Below the pieces are notes generated by a model, which ran no database searches, had not been told where the DNA came from, and saw only the letters and a list, made by a program, of their open reading frames with translations. From the NCBI RefSeq assembly GCF_016433145.1, contig NC_058131.1, positions 285,926,988 through 285,984,480 of the forward strand: 57,493 nucleotides of DNA. The letters run 5' to 3'. Below are positions 1-11,715 of this stretch, piece after piece. The translations under genes and the position numbers were made by a program. Numbering within the stretch: position 1 is the stretch's first letter; each line of letters starts with the position of its first letter. The DNA comes from Gracilinanus agilis (taxonomy: Eukaryota).

Positions 1-269
1 TAGTCCACCTCCTTCATTTTATTTTATTTTTCCTGGGCCATCCATGTATTATCATGCAAAACATACTTCCATTTTGATCATTGTTATAAGAACACCTTCA
101 CACCTCCATTTTAGAAATGAAGAAACAGGTTCTGAGTGGGGATGTGACTTGTTCCAGGTCACAAAGGTATTTAAGCAGTAGAGCCAAGGGCAATGATGGT
201 CAAATAGGCCTGTTCTTAAACAAAGGTCTTTTTCAATTACATGTAGAAACGATTTTTAGCAATTGCTTT

Positions 270-523
270 TTATTTTATATATTATATTATATTATATTAT
301 ATTATATTATATTATATTATATTATTTTTAAACCCTTACCTTCCATCTTGGAGTCAATACTGTGTATTGGCTCCAAGGTAGAAGAGTGGTAAGGGCTAGG
401 CATTGGGGGTCAAGTGACTTGCCCAGGGTCACACAGCTGGGAAGTGTCTGAGGCCAAATTTGAACCTAGGACCTCCTGTCTCTAGGTCTGGCTCTCAATC
501 CACCGAGCTACCCAGCTGCCCCC
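270..523 (-). mobile_element. Opossum tRNA/CORE SINE (SINE1_Mdo-like) with (ATATT)n tail
   Basis: Full head GGGGCAGCTGGGTAGCTC on - strand; 13-bp TSD tagcaatt(g/a)cttt at 257-269 and 524-536. Confidence 0.9.
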
Positions 524-744
524 TAGCAATTACTTTCTGACATTTTATGATTCTGAGTCTCTGTCTCCCTCCCAACCCTTCACACTCCCTAGATGGCAAA
601 TAGTCTGATATAGGTTATATAGTGCTGTCAGGCAACACACATTTCCATATTCCTCATGCTGTGAAAGAAGACACATATCACACATACAAGAAAATAACTC
701 ATGAGAGAAAGAAAGTATTTTTAGTTGTGGTATGTGGTTGTAAT

Positions 745-1562
745 GGAATCTCATCGCCCCATAAGAAAGGATGAACAAGATGTGTTGAGAAAAGCCTAGA
801 AAGGCTTATGCAAGCTGCTACAAAGTGAAATGAGCAGAACTAGGAGGGCAGTGTATACAGTAACAGAAATACTTTTTTTTGAACCCTTAACTTCTGTGTA
901 TTGGCTCCTTGGTGGAAGAATGGTAAGAGTGGGCAATGGGGGTCAAGTGACTTGCCCAGGGTCACACAGCTGGGAAGTGTCTGAGGCCGGGTTTGAACCT
1001 AGGACCTCCCATCATTCACTGAGCCTGACTCTCAATCCACTGAGCTACCCAGCTGCCCCTGGTAACAGAAATATTATATGATGGTCAGCTGTGAAAGACT
1101 CAACCATTATCAGCAAAGCAGGTTTCCAAGATAACCACATGGGACTTGTGATGAAAATGCTCTCCATGGCCAAAGAACTGTTGGCATCTGAGCAGATCAA
1201 AGCATGCCATTTTCCACTTCATAAGACTCTTATTGCATGTGTGATATGTATCTTCCATTATGACCTGAATAATATGGAAATATATTTTACACGAAAGTGT
1301 GGTACATCAAACTGTTGGAATCAGAATGCAGATCAAAGCATACAGTTTATCACTTTAGTTTATTTGGGTTTTTATTTTGAAGTTTTGGTTTTACATGATT
1401 ATTCTCTTACAAAAATTAACAATATGGGAATGTGTTTTGCATGAGAATACATGTATAATCCAGATTGAATTGCTTACAGCTTCAGGTTGGGGGAGGGAGA
1501 CAATTTGGACAATTTGGATCATATCACTTCAGAAAATTTATGTGGAAATTTGTTATTACATG
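745..1562 (+). mobile_element. Old marsupial L1 3' fragment(s), interrupted by a SINE (872-1060) and an LTR; L1 terminus resumes at about 2127-2150
   Basis: Degenerate ORF2 end (SEMSRTRRAVYTVT) and typical L1 3' UTR; SINE TSD gtaacagaaata at 860-871 and 1062-1073. Confidence 0.75.
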
Positions 1563-2126
1563 TGTTAATTAGGAAAAACACAGAACCACTGAAATGATCA
1601 GAAAAACCAAATCTTTAATCAGGGAAGAGACAACTTCATTTGGCGGAGTCAAGCACTTAAAAACCACACAGAGCCAAGGACTCTGGGACTCTGGGAACAG
1701 TGTCTGAGAGAACTCACTGTCAAAGATGATTCTCCAAAGAGTAACAGAACTTGGGGGTCTTATATGCCTTTTTGGGGAACAAGGGCAGGGAAGAGTGATT
1801 GGCTAGCTCTACATTGAATACAAGGAAAGGAGGAGCCCAAAGCTTGACTGACAGGAAGAGGCTGATGCTTTACATTAGCTACAAAAAGATGTTTCCAGCA
1901 AAGGCCTGGATTACTGGGTTAATGTTAAATACCTGGATAAACTATTAAAACAAAACAAGGATACCTAAAGCTTGATTGACTACTAATCTTACCTAAACTG
2001 GGATCGTTAAATACCTCAAAGTCTAGCGATCATTTCTGAGGTAGGGTCAGTCAGATCAGTTGGGTCAATTAGGTGCTTCCCTCAAAGCAATTTCCAAACT
2101 TGGATTTTCCAGAAATAGATTTGACA
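1563..2126 (-). mobile_element. Solo ERV LTR (564 bp)
   Basis: TGTTAA...TTGACA termini; on - strand CCAAT (1802-1798), TATAA (1764-1760), ATTAAA (1619-1614) in U3-R order; splits an L1 3' end. Confidence 0.65.
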
Positions 2127-2154
2127 TGTGTAATTGATAAAATAAAATATCTTT

Positions 2155-2348
2155 TTAAAAAACCCTTATCTTCTGTCTTAGAATCACTGTGTATTGGCTC
2201 CAAGGGAGAAGGGTGGTAAGGGCTAGGCAATGGGGGTTAAATGACTTGTCCAGGGACACACAGCTAGGAAGTGTCTGAGGCTAGATTTGAACCCAGGACC
2301 TCCCATCTTTTGGCCTGGTTCTCAATCCACTGAGTCATCCAGCTGCCT
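2155..2348 (-). mobile_element. SINE1_Mdo-like SINE
   Basis: Same consensus as 270-523. Confidence 0.85.
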
Positions 2349-2649
2349 CCAAAATAAAATATCTTAACAAAATGTTATTTCTACACATAACTGGGAAAAA
2401 ATATTGGGAAAAATAAATGTTCTAATTTTCATTGTTAAAAATTTCTTTATGATTTTAATAAGTTTAATCAATCACACAAATTAAATTAAAAAACCAAAAT
2501 AAAATGATTTTCAGACTCTGATAGTTCCTTCTATGATTTTTGCACAAAGGTCTTAATTCAGACTAGGAATAAATGCAATAAATAAGCTCTCTTGGGCTTC
2601 TGGGATTGTGCATTCTCTGCTCTACAATAATAGATTAGGGAAGGGGATG

Positions 2650-3435
2650 TGGCAAAATTGGGACATTAATGCATTGCTGGTGGAGTTGTGAACTGATCCA
2701 ATTTTTGGATGGTAATTTGGAACTATGCCCAAAGAGTTCTAAAAGACTGCCTGCCCACTGATCCAGCCATAGCATTGCTGGGTTTGTACCCCAAAGAGAT
2801 CATAGATAAAAAGACTTGTACAAAAATATTTATAGCCACTCTTTTTGTGGTGGCAAAAAACTGGAAAATGAGGGTCTGCCCTTCAATTGGGGAATGGCTG
2901 AACAAATTGTGGTATATGCTGGTGATGGAATACTATTGTGCTCAAAGGAATAATAAACTGGAGGAATTCCATGTGAACTGGAAAGACCTCCAGGAACTGG
3001 TGCAGAGTGAAAGGAGCAGAGCCAGAAGAACATTGTACACAGAGACTAATACATTGTAGTAAAATAGAATGTAATGGACTTCTGTACTAGCAGCAATGCA
3101 ATGACCCAGGACAATCTGGAGGGACCTATGGAAAAGAGCCCTACCCACATTCAGAGGAAGAACTGCAGGAGTGGAAACACAGAAGAAAAACAACCGCTTG
3201 AACACATGGGTTGATGTGGACTTGATTGGGGATGTAGACTTGAAGGACCCTACCAATGCAACTATCAATAATATGGAAATAAGTCTTTATTGATGACACA
3301 TGTTAAAACCAGTGGAAATGTGTGTTGGATATGGGGGGTGTAGGGGGGGTGAAGGGGGGCAAAGGGGAAAGAAAAAACATGAATCATGTAACCATGGAAA
3401 ATTTTTCTAAAAAAATTAAATATTTAAATAAAAAA
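2650..3435 (+). mobile_element. L1 3' fragment with ORF2 C-terminus and A-rich tail
   Basis: WNYAQRVLKDCLPTDPAIALLGLYPKEI...WKMRVCPSIGEWLNKLWYM is the L1 ORF2 end. Confidence 0.92.
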
Positions 3436-5591
3436 TAATAGATTAGGGAAGTGAAGAATTAAATTCCTTTGGGAAATGTATGTGTTGTCATTTTGAATAG
3501 GTAACTACTTCTCTTCTTGACCCTCCATCTCTAGTAGTTTTCCTTAATTTCTGGTGCTTCTTTCTATTCTTTTTCTCTTTTAAATCCTTACTTTTTAATT
3601 TTTTTCAGATTTATTATCAGATTTAAGGCAGAAGAAGGGCAAGAGCTAGGCAGTTGGGGTTAATTGGCTTACCCAGGGACACACAGCTAGGAAGTTTCTG
3701 GGTTAAGGTTTGAACCTAAGACCTCTCCTCTCTAGGGCTGGTTCTTTATTCACTGAGCCATCCTGCTCCCTCCAAGGTTCATTTTTCATCCTAGTTAATT
3801 TACCCTTTCACTTGATGACCTGGAAAAAAAATTCAGAACTTCTAATTATAAGTTTAGTGATAGGTAGGTGGTGCCAAATTTTCTTTTGGTCCCTGAGGGC
3901 AGGGATTTTATTTGCATGTAATTGTTCTTAATTAAACCTCAATCGGACTTGCTCCAGCTCCCCTCCTCCTTGGCCTCCTAACACACCTGCTGCCAGACTA
4001 GTTTCTGGTTGACCGCTCTTCTGCTCAAAGGTTTCCAATGACTTCTCTTGCCCTATGTCACTTGGGATAAAATTTGCTGGCCTTTTCAAGATTTTCCATG
4101 ATCTGGTACCACGCTAACTATTTCACTGCACTCTATCTAGCTTAAACCACTGTCCCCTTGACCTAGAAGCTCCTCTCCTCTTCAAATTTTACATATCCTT
4201 CAGGGCTCAGCTTAAATACCACTGACTCCATGAAGCCTTCCTTGACTCCTGCTTCAGCTCTTGCTCCTTGATCTCTCTCATGGTCCTTAATATGCAGCCC
4301 ACCACTAAACATGTGGTCTTGCTTCTTTCATTGTTTGTGTGCATGTGTCCCTCACTCTGGCTAGATAGTAAGCTCCTTGAGGCCAAGAACTGTCTTATAA
4401 TTATGTTACCTCACAATATGGAGCTGGATACCAAACCAGCACTCAGTATTTCTTGGTTAATTCTCAAAGTACATATCTATATCTCTCCTTCTTCCTAGTT
4501 CCTGCAGTCCTAAGATGAATTATCTTTTTTTTTAACCTTTACCTTCTGTACTAGTATCAATTCTAAGATAGAAAAGAAGGGAAGAGCTAGACAATTGGGG
4601 AGGGAGTTAAATGACTTGCCCAGGGTCACACAACTAGGCAGTAGCAGAGACTAGACTTGAATCCAGGACCTCCAGACTCCAGGCCTGGAGCTCTCTCCAC
4701 TGTGCTACTTAGCAGCTTCCTGTTATTATTCTTTCATACCTGTGTCTGGTCTCTTCCATTAGACTTGAGCAGGGGAATATAGCTTATACATGATTGTATA
4801 ACCCTTAGCACAATGATTTGCAGCTTGGTAAGAGCTGATAGATTCTACTCTTTTAGGTTTTGAAACCATTACTTGATCTAGAATATACTCCTGCAAGGAG
4901 TCCTGATGGTGGTCTAGGCTCCCAGAGGACAAATATAGAAGGCCACAGGTCTCCAGAAGGCCCTGCTCTGTGGTCTATGGTTTACCCTCTGCAAAATGTA
5001 TCCTGCCTATTTGTGGTTGTTTATATATTGTTGTTCCACCTTAAGAATGGGAACCCCTTGAGGCCTGGGACTGATTTTGCCTTTTCTTGTATCCTCAATA
5101 CTTGGCACAGTGCCTGGCACCCAGGGGGGCTCAATAAATCTTTGAGAATTTCTACTGTGGAAGCTGTGATATTTGAATCATAGATTTAGAACTAAAAGGC
5201 ATAGTGGAGGTCATCAAGTTCAAATGCTTCATTTTAAGGATAAGGAAAGTCAATCTAAGAGAAGTGATATACCTGAAGGTTACATAGCTAGGAAGAGGTG
5301 GAGGCAGGATTTGAACTTGAATCTTCCTGATTCTAGTTCCTTTGCCTACTATGCCACCCTCCTGCAAAAGCCTTTAACCAATTTAGCCACAAATATGTTC
5401 TGTGAAGTTTAACACAGAAATGGGAAGTTCTAAAACATAGTTAACTCCAGAGTCAACGAACTTGGATTTCTATCTTGCCTCCAATGCTTGGTTTCTTCTT
5501 GTGGGCTCTTGGGCCCATTTTCTCATCTATAAAATGAGGAACTGGACCAAATTGTCTCAAAATTCTCTCCCAACCCTAGATCTATGACCCT

Positions 5592-6401
5592 TGTAATGGT
5601 GAGGCACCAGGGATGTTAACTATTATTATTAAAATGTAACTAAATGGTTTGTGGGTTCACACTGGGTTGAAGGAGAGACAAGACCAACCAGGATAGGGAG
5701 ACCAGGGTTTACTGCCAAGCTTTTAACTGGCACAGGAATGGCAGTTGGCCCAACAGTCACCAGCAGGCAAAAGGTAAAGTATATAACAGTTTAATTGAGG
5801 GAAATAATAATGAAGGATGGGAATAAGGGATTCTATACTTAAAACCTAAGGGCAAACCACAGGGGCAGGGAAGGACTTAACTATACTATCCTATTGACCT
5901 AAGCTAGGCAGGGCCCAAAGGAAGCAGTACTGAAGTCACAGGGAAAGCTCCTCCAAACCTGGTTCCAGCCAAGTTTGGTCAGCTCAGCTAAAGGGCCTGT
6001 GATTAGCTTTCAATTGGGGTCTTACAGTAAATCCAAGGATGGTCCCAGGATGCCAAGAGCCAACTCCACCAGGTGATCCAAGGTACCCAGGTAGGGAGAG
6101 TGAGTTTGAAATTCTGTTCACCAGATCACAAACCACTTCCCCACTTGGTGCTGCTCTGCAGGTCTGTTGTCCACTTGCTGAAAGCCTTCACCTCTCAGGA
6201 TCCCAGGGAATCTGGATGCAGTTTTTCCCTAACTCTGAGATCTCCCAGGGTTAGCAACAGTTATGTCTCCAACCACTAATGGAGTCTCTCTCAGAGCACA
6301 AGCCCCACTTCCTGCTCCTTCATTCCATCTTGGAATCCTCCAGCCCTTCCTGCTAGGTCCAACACTATTACTAATTTAATTGCTAAATAACCCTCACAAC
6401 A
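5592..6401 (-). mobile_element. Solo ERV LTR (810 bp) with 4-bp target-site duplication CCCT
   Basis: TGT...ACA termini flanked by ccct at 5588-5591 and 6402-6405; ATTAAA on - at 5795-5790. Confidence 0.6.
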
Positions 6402-6562
6402 CCCTACATCACAGGCAGCATGTGGAAAAGACTCTTTGGGTTGGAGTGATGTGGTAAGGAAATGGAATAATGAGAAATCCTATTTACATAGGGCTTTAAG
6501 GTTTTCAAAGAGCTTTACTAACATTTTACTTCATTCTTCTAACAACTCTGGTAGTTCTAAAG

Positions 6563-7083
6563 TTTTTTTTTTTTTTAACCTTTACCTTCTAACTTAGAAT
6601 CAGTTCTGTGTATCGGTTCCAAGACAGAAGAGTGGTAAGGGCTAGAAAATGGGGGTCAAGTGACTTGTCCAGGATCAAAGAGCTGGAAAGTGTCTGAGGC
6701 CAGATTTGAATCTAGGACCTTCCATCTCTGGAGAGCCACCTGGCTCTCAATTCACTGAAGAGACTTGAGACTGAGAGAAGTCAAACAGCTTTCCCAGGGA
6801 CACACAGCAAGTAAGGGTCAAATGCAGTATTTGAATTCAGGTTTTCTTGCCTTTTATCCACTACTCAATACTCATCTCTTATTTTTTTTTAAACCTTTAC
6901 TTTCTGTCTTGGAGTAATACTCTGTATTGGCTCCAAGGCAGAAGAGTGGCAAGGGCTAGGCAATGAGTGTCAAGTGACTTGCCCAGGGTCACACAGCTGG
7001 GAAGTGTCTGAGGCCAGATTTGAACCTAGGACCTTCTGTCTCTAGGCCTGGCTCTCAATCCACAGAGCTACCCAGCTGTCCCC
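6563..7083 (-). mobile_element. Two SINE1_Mdo-like copies (about 6563-6755 and 6882-7083) with a MIR fragment between
   Basis: Consensus SINE sequence; TSD-like tactc(tt)atctctta around the second copy. Confidence 0.85.
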
Positions 7084-7101
7084 TACTCTTATCTCTTATG
7101 C

Positions 7102-7307
7102 CTGTGTTGGTGAACCTAAGGCACACCTGTTGGAACATGCCAGAGTGGGCTACTCCCCTCCCCCTCTCCACATATGCCTGAGGACATTAATCCCATCACC
7201 TGTCCCTCTGCCCAGAGGCCCAATGGGTGTGCTTCCTCTCTCCCTTGTCTGGGGAAAGGGGGGAGCTCACATGTGGTATGAAGGTTATAGTTTAGGTATT
7301 ATCACTT
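7102..7307 (+). mobile_element. Non-autonomous hAT element resembling OposCharlie1 (OC1), degenerate
   Basis: 5' end ctgtgttggtgaacct resembles the OC1 TIR CAGTGATGG(C/T)GAACCT; internal sequence matches my recollection of opossum OC1 non-autonomous elements; 3' TIR eroded. Confidence 0.6.
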
Positions 7308-8803
7308 CCATGCCACTTAGCTATGTAAATGTACACTGACTAGGTCTGTGGCTTAGATTTTTCAGGATGAAGTGAGGATTAGAGTGACAAAGACTCAGAG
7401 TGTTCCCTAGATTACTTCTCCCTCCCCAACATGTCCCACTCTCATTCACGCTTCAGATATTAGAACCAGTAAGTGGAAGTAAAAACCTAAATGCCACTGA
7501 AGATTGCCTGCTCTGAAGCATTAGCCTGCTTTTGTAAGTCCAAGAGAATTTCCAGTTCCCAGTAGGGGGCACTTGAAAATAAAGAACTGGACCCAGAGCT
7601 GAAGTAGAGAGTGGGGATTGCCTTTGGGAAGTTGCCAGTACTTTTAACACCCCCATGCTTCTCCCTGAAAACAAGGCTAGGCTCATAAGATCATAGATTT
7701 GGAGGTGGAAGGACTTTAGAGGTCTAGTCAAACCTTTCAAGCTATAGAAACTGAGTTTCTGATAAGTTAAGAGACTTGCCTATTTTTAATTTTTAACATT
7801 TAGCTATTCTGATCAGCACAATGATGGGAGACAATTCCAAATGGCTTTCAATGAAAAATGCTATCCACCTCCAGAGAGAAAACTGATGAACTCTGGGTGC
7901 AAATTCAAGTATAACTTTTTCAACAACAAAAAAAGATATTCTGGTGATGTATAGCTGCAAGTCACAATATGTTTTTCAAGGGTTACAGTTGAGAATCAAC
8001 AGAATGGCAACGGTGCAGGGTGGGCAGGAGCAGATAATATGTTACAAATGAGAAGAAGCAAGAATGATATCAGGGAGCTGAAAGACAGGAGCAAAAATAT
8101 AGTGAGTGGGAGCCTAAAAGGCAGACTGAATGCTCCATTGGTATCGATCCAAAGTCGAGACCTGGAGGAGGGCCCCCATCACGTTGACAAGGACAATGGC
8201 TTCTGGCTGGGTTATGGGAGGTCATGGACAATAACAGCATGGGGGGGGCAGCTGTTTGCATTTTTGGAGGGAGTATGTGCACAGATGAAATCACAACTTT
8301 TTCTCTAAAGTGTAGAGAAAGTGGGAAGTTTTTGGTTCAATGACTCAATCCTTTGGGCCAACAGGGTAGGACTCCAGGGAAGGCCAGTGGACAGAGGCCT
8401 TAGCTTCTCACTGGTGAACCTTTTCCGAGTGCCCAGAGGGCAAATTCAAGCTGTATTTGAGCCCCCATTACTGGAGAGAGTTAAGGGAGAAAGTGCTTGC
8501 TTTGGGCTGCTAGACAGAGGGGGAAGGCATGCAAAAAAAAAAAAAAAATGTCCTCAGGCAGCCTGAGAAGAGGGGGAATGGAGCAGCTTCCCAGAGTGCC
8601 AGCTCTGCACACATGCCACGTCTTTGCCAACACTGTTCTAACTCATGTGCATCATGAAAGAAGGCACAAGAAGGTTGAACGTGACTTGCATCCTACAGTG
8701 ACAGGGATGTCTAGGGGAAGAGTATTCATGGAGGGAAGGCAAACATGGGAGGGGTGGTCATGGAAAATTGACCCCCCCTTTCTCTGTTTTCACCTCACAG
8801 GTG

Positions 8804-8805
<2 letters not shown>

Positions 8806-8843
<38 letters not shown>
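8806..8843. repeat. Poly(T)38 homopolymer
   Basis: Direct count. Confidence 0.9.
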
Positions 8844-8846
<3 letters not shown>

Positions 8847-9504
8847 ACTGCTGTAACCGTTCTAGAGAAAAAGGACAAATTCTTTCATGGTCAGAGATCC
8901 CAGTTTCATGTGGACCTAAATTAATTCCAATTCCTATCCCAAAGTGGCCACAGAATAAAACATTTAGTCTTTGGCCACAGATCACACTGATGACTTCATC
9001 CATCTCCATAGGTATTAATTAACCTCTGACCACACACAAGGAATTGTGGTAGGTGCTGAGAAATCAATGACAAAAATGAAAATGTCCCACCTTCAGGGAG
9101 GTTCCATTCACTGCTACACCTGCTTCTCTGGATTCACAGAATCATTCATGCTGTCTTCCTGGGTGGTTCCTCAGTGGAAGAACCATTGCTTAAATCCTTG
9201 GGGCCCAAGATCAGATAAGGGAGTTTAACAGTGAATGGAAGTTCCTAGAGTTAAATGAGTTAAAGATTCTTCAACCCCTGAGACAGTGTGGCCAATGGAC
9301 AGAGTTTGAATGGACTGGAATCTTGAAGCTCAAATTAGGACTTCAAGACTAGGTGCATAGGTCATTCACTTAGCCCTGTGTTTTCTTTTTCTTGTCATGG
9401 GAGTGGGGAAAAAACCCAGTATAAATCTATTCATCAAAATGTGCTAGAAAATGTAAGATCTGACAAAAGTAATGATGAAAACCCATCTATAAGGGGCAGC
9501 TAGG

Positions 9505-9690
9505 TAGCACAGTAGATAGAGCACTAGACCTGGAGTCTGGAGGGCCTGGGTTCAAATCTAGCCTCAGACACTTCTTAGCTACGTGACCCTGGGCTAGTCA
9601 CTTATTCCCCTTGCCCCTAATTGCCTAGCCCTTACCATTTTCCTATCTTAGAATGAATACTAAGACAGAAGATGAGGGTTAAAAAAACCA
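9505..9690 (+). mobile_element. CORE SINE (SINE1_Mdo/Mar-type)
   Basis: ggggcagctaggtagcacagtagatagagc...cttaccattttcctatcttagaatgaatactaagacagaag. Confidence 0.8.
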
Positions 9691-10904
9691 CAACAACCAA
9701 ACTCCCCCACCCCCTCTATAACCTGAGAATCAAGGTGGGGTGATGTGGGGCGTCACCTTCTGGGGGCCTGCTCCAACTCTTCCCTACCCCAGGGTGATAG
9801 GGAGGTGTCAGGAAGAGATGGAGGTTGAAGATCTAAGATCCTAAGAGTTGAGTCAGACCCCAGAGAAGCGGGAGGGTGGGGAGGTCTAGAGAGGGAGTGC
9901 TAGAGAAATGCTAGTGCCCCTAGTCCAAGCTCCCCAAGAAGCACTGGGTCTCATCTCATCATCTCACATCTGGATTACCTTGCTAAGTGGGTTGGTCTGC
10001 CTCAAGTCTCTCCCCACTCCAATCCATCATGCATTCAGCCAACAGTGATTTTCCTACAGCACAAGTCTGATCATGCCACCACCCCTCCCCACTCAATAAA
10101 CTCCAGGGGTGATATATCAATCGAAAAGGAGTGTCACCTCCAGGATCCAATACAAAATACTGTATTTGGCATTCAAAACCCTCCATCTCCTGGCCCCCTG
10201 CTACCTTTCCAGACTTATTATACCTCACTCTCTGACATGTAACCTTAGATCCAGTGACTCTGGTCTCCTGGCCATTCTTTGAACAAGACACTCCATTTCT
10301 TAGCTCTGGGCATTTTCTCTGGCTGTCTCCCTGGAACACCCTCTGTCCTCTGCTCCAACTACTACCTTCCTTGACTTCTTTTAACTAAATTAAAATCCCA
10401 CCTTCTACTAGAAGCTTTGTGCCTTTGAATTCTTTCCTATTTATCCTGTAGACAGCTTGCTCTGTATAGATTTGTTTGGGTGGTGTCCTCCTTGAGGGCA
10501 GGGGCTTTTTGTATCCCGAGTTTAGCACAGTGGCTGGCATATAGCAAGGCACTTAGTAAACATTGATTAATTGATGAGACTTTCTTCTGTCCTGATAATG
10601 GTGATGATGACAAGTTTACATTTATATATCCCTTAAGGTTTACAAAGCAGTTTTCCATACATGATTCACTACAGCCCTGAAAATAAGGAATCCTTCACTC
10701 CAAATGGTCAGACTTTTTCCTAAATATTAAATAGCTACCAATTGTAGGGTGTGTTAAAGTTGACAAAGCACTTTATAAACATTATCTCACTCATGGTTCA
10801 TAAACCTTCCATGGCTCCCCATTACTTGGACGATAAAGCTCAAACTATTCAGCCAAACATGGAGGGCTGTCTTTGACCTTTCTTGTTCTCTTGAATCTAC
10901 CTAC

Positions 10905-11715
10905 TTTTTTTTTTTTTAACCCTTACCTTCCATCTCGTAGTCAATACTGTGCATTGGCTCCAAGGCAGAAGAGTAGTAAGGGCTAGGCAATGGGGGTCAA
11001 GTGGCTTGCCCAGGGTCACACAGCTGGGAAGTGTCTGAGGCCAGATTTGAACCTAGGACTTCCCATCTCTAGGACTGGCTCTCAATTCACTGAGCTACCC
11101 AGCTGCCCTCTGCCTACTCTTATCTTCATTAATCTCCCTTCATAAGCTCACAGTTCCTTACACCTTTCTGCCTCCAATCCCTTGCTCACATTGTTGTATT
11201 ATTGGAAGCTTTCCCTCGTCTTTCTTCTCTTTGTTCAGCTCAATCTTGTCTATCCTTTAAAGCTCAGCTGACTTCTCCATCTTTTTTTTAAACCTTTACC
11301 TTCTGTCTTAGCATCAATTCTAAGACAGAAAAGTGGCAAGGGCTAGGTAACGGGGATTAATTGACTTGCCCAGGGTCATACAACTAGAAAATGTCTGAGG
11401 CCAAATATGAACCCAGGTCTTCCAGACTTCAGGCCTGGTACTCCATCCACTATGCTACCTAGCTGTAGCTACCTCTTCTTAAAAAACAAAAACAAAACCA
11501 AAAAAAAACAAAACAAAAAAAAACCTTACCTTCTATCTTAGAATCAATACTGTGTATTGATTCCAAGGCAGAAGAGCGGTAAGAGCTAGGTACTAGCAGT
11601 TAAGTGACTCGCCCAGGGTCATATGGCTAGGCAGTATCTGAGGCCATATTTGAACCCAGGACCTCCCATCTCTAGTCCTGGCTCTCAATTCATTGGGTAC
11701 ACCCCACATGTCCCC
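10905..11715 (-). mobile_element. Cluster of three SINEs (about 10905-11109, 11280-11470, 11500-11715)
   Basis: Repeated aaaccttaccttc...gggtcacacagct...agctgccc consensus. Confidence 0.85.

Noticed and set aside
117-392. 91-aa ORF with an ILYY repeat
   Set aside because: Translation of the (ATATT)n SINE tail.
2709-3268. 116-aa (+) and 108-aa (-) ORFs
   Set aside because: L1 ORF2 remnant and its antisense, not a host gene.
8100-8200. LDRY motif on the - strand suggesting a GPCR pseudogene
   Set aside because: Spacing does not fit TM3, no other GPCR motifs, and stops occur at about random frequency in that frame.
8806-9300. Poly(T)38 as the tail of a processed pseudogene
   Set aside because: No AATAAA before it on the - strand, no TSD and no recognisable parent mRNA.
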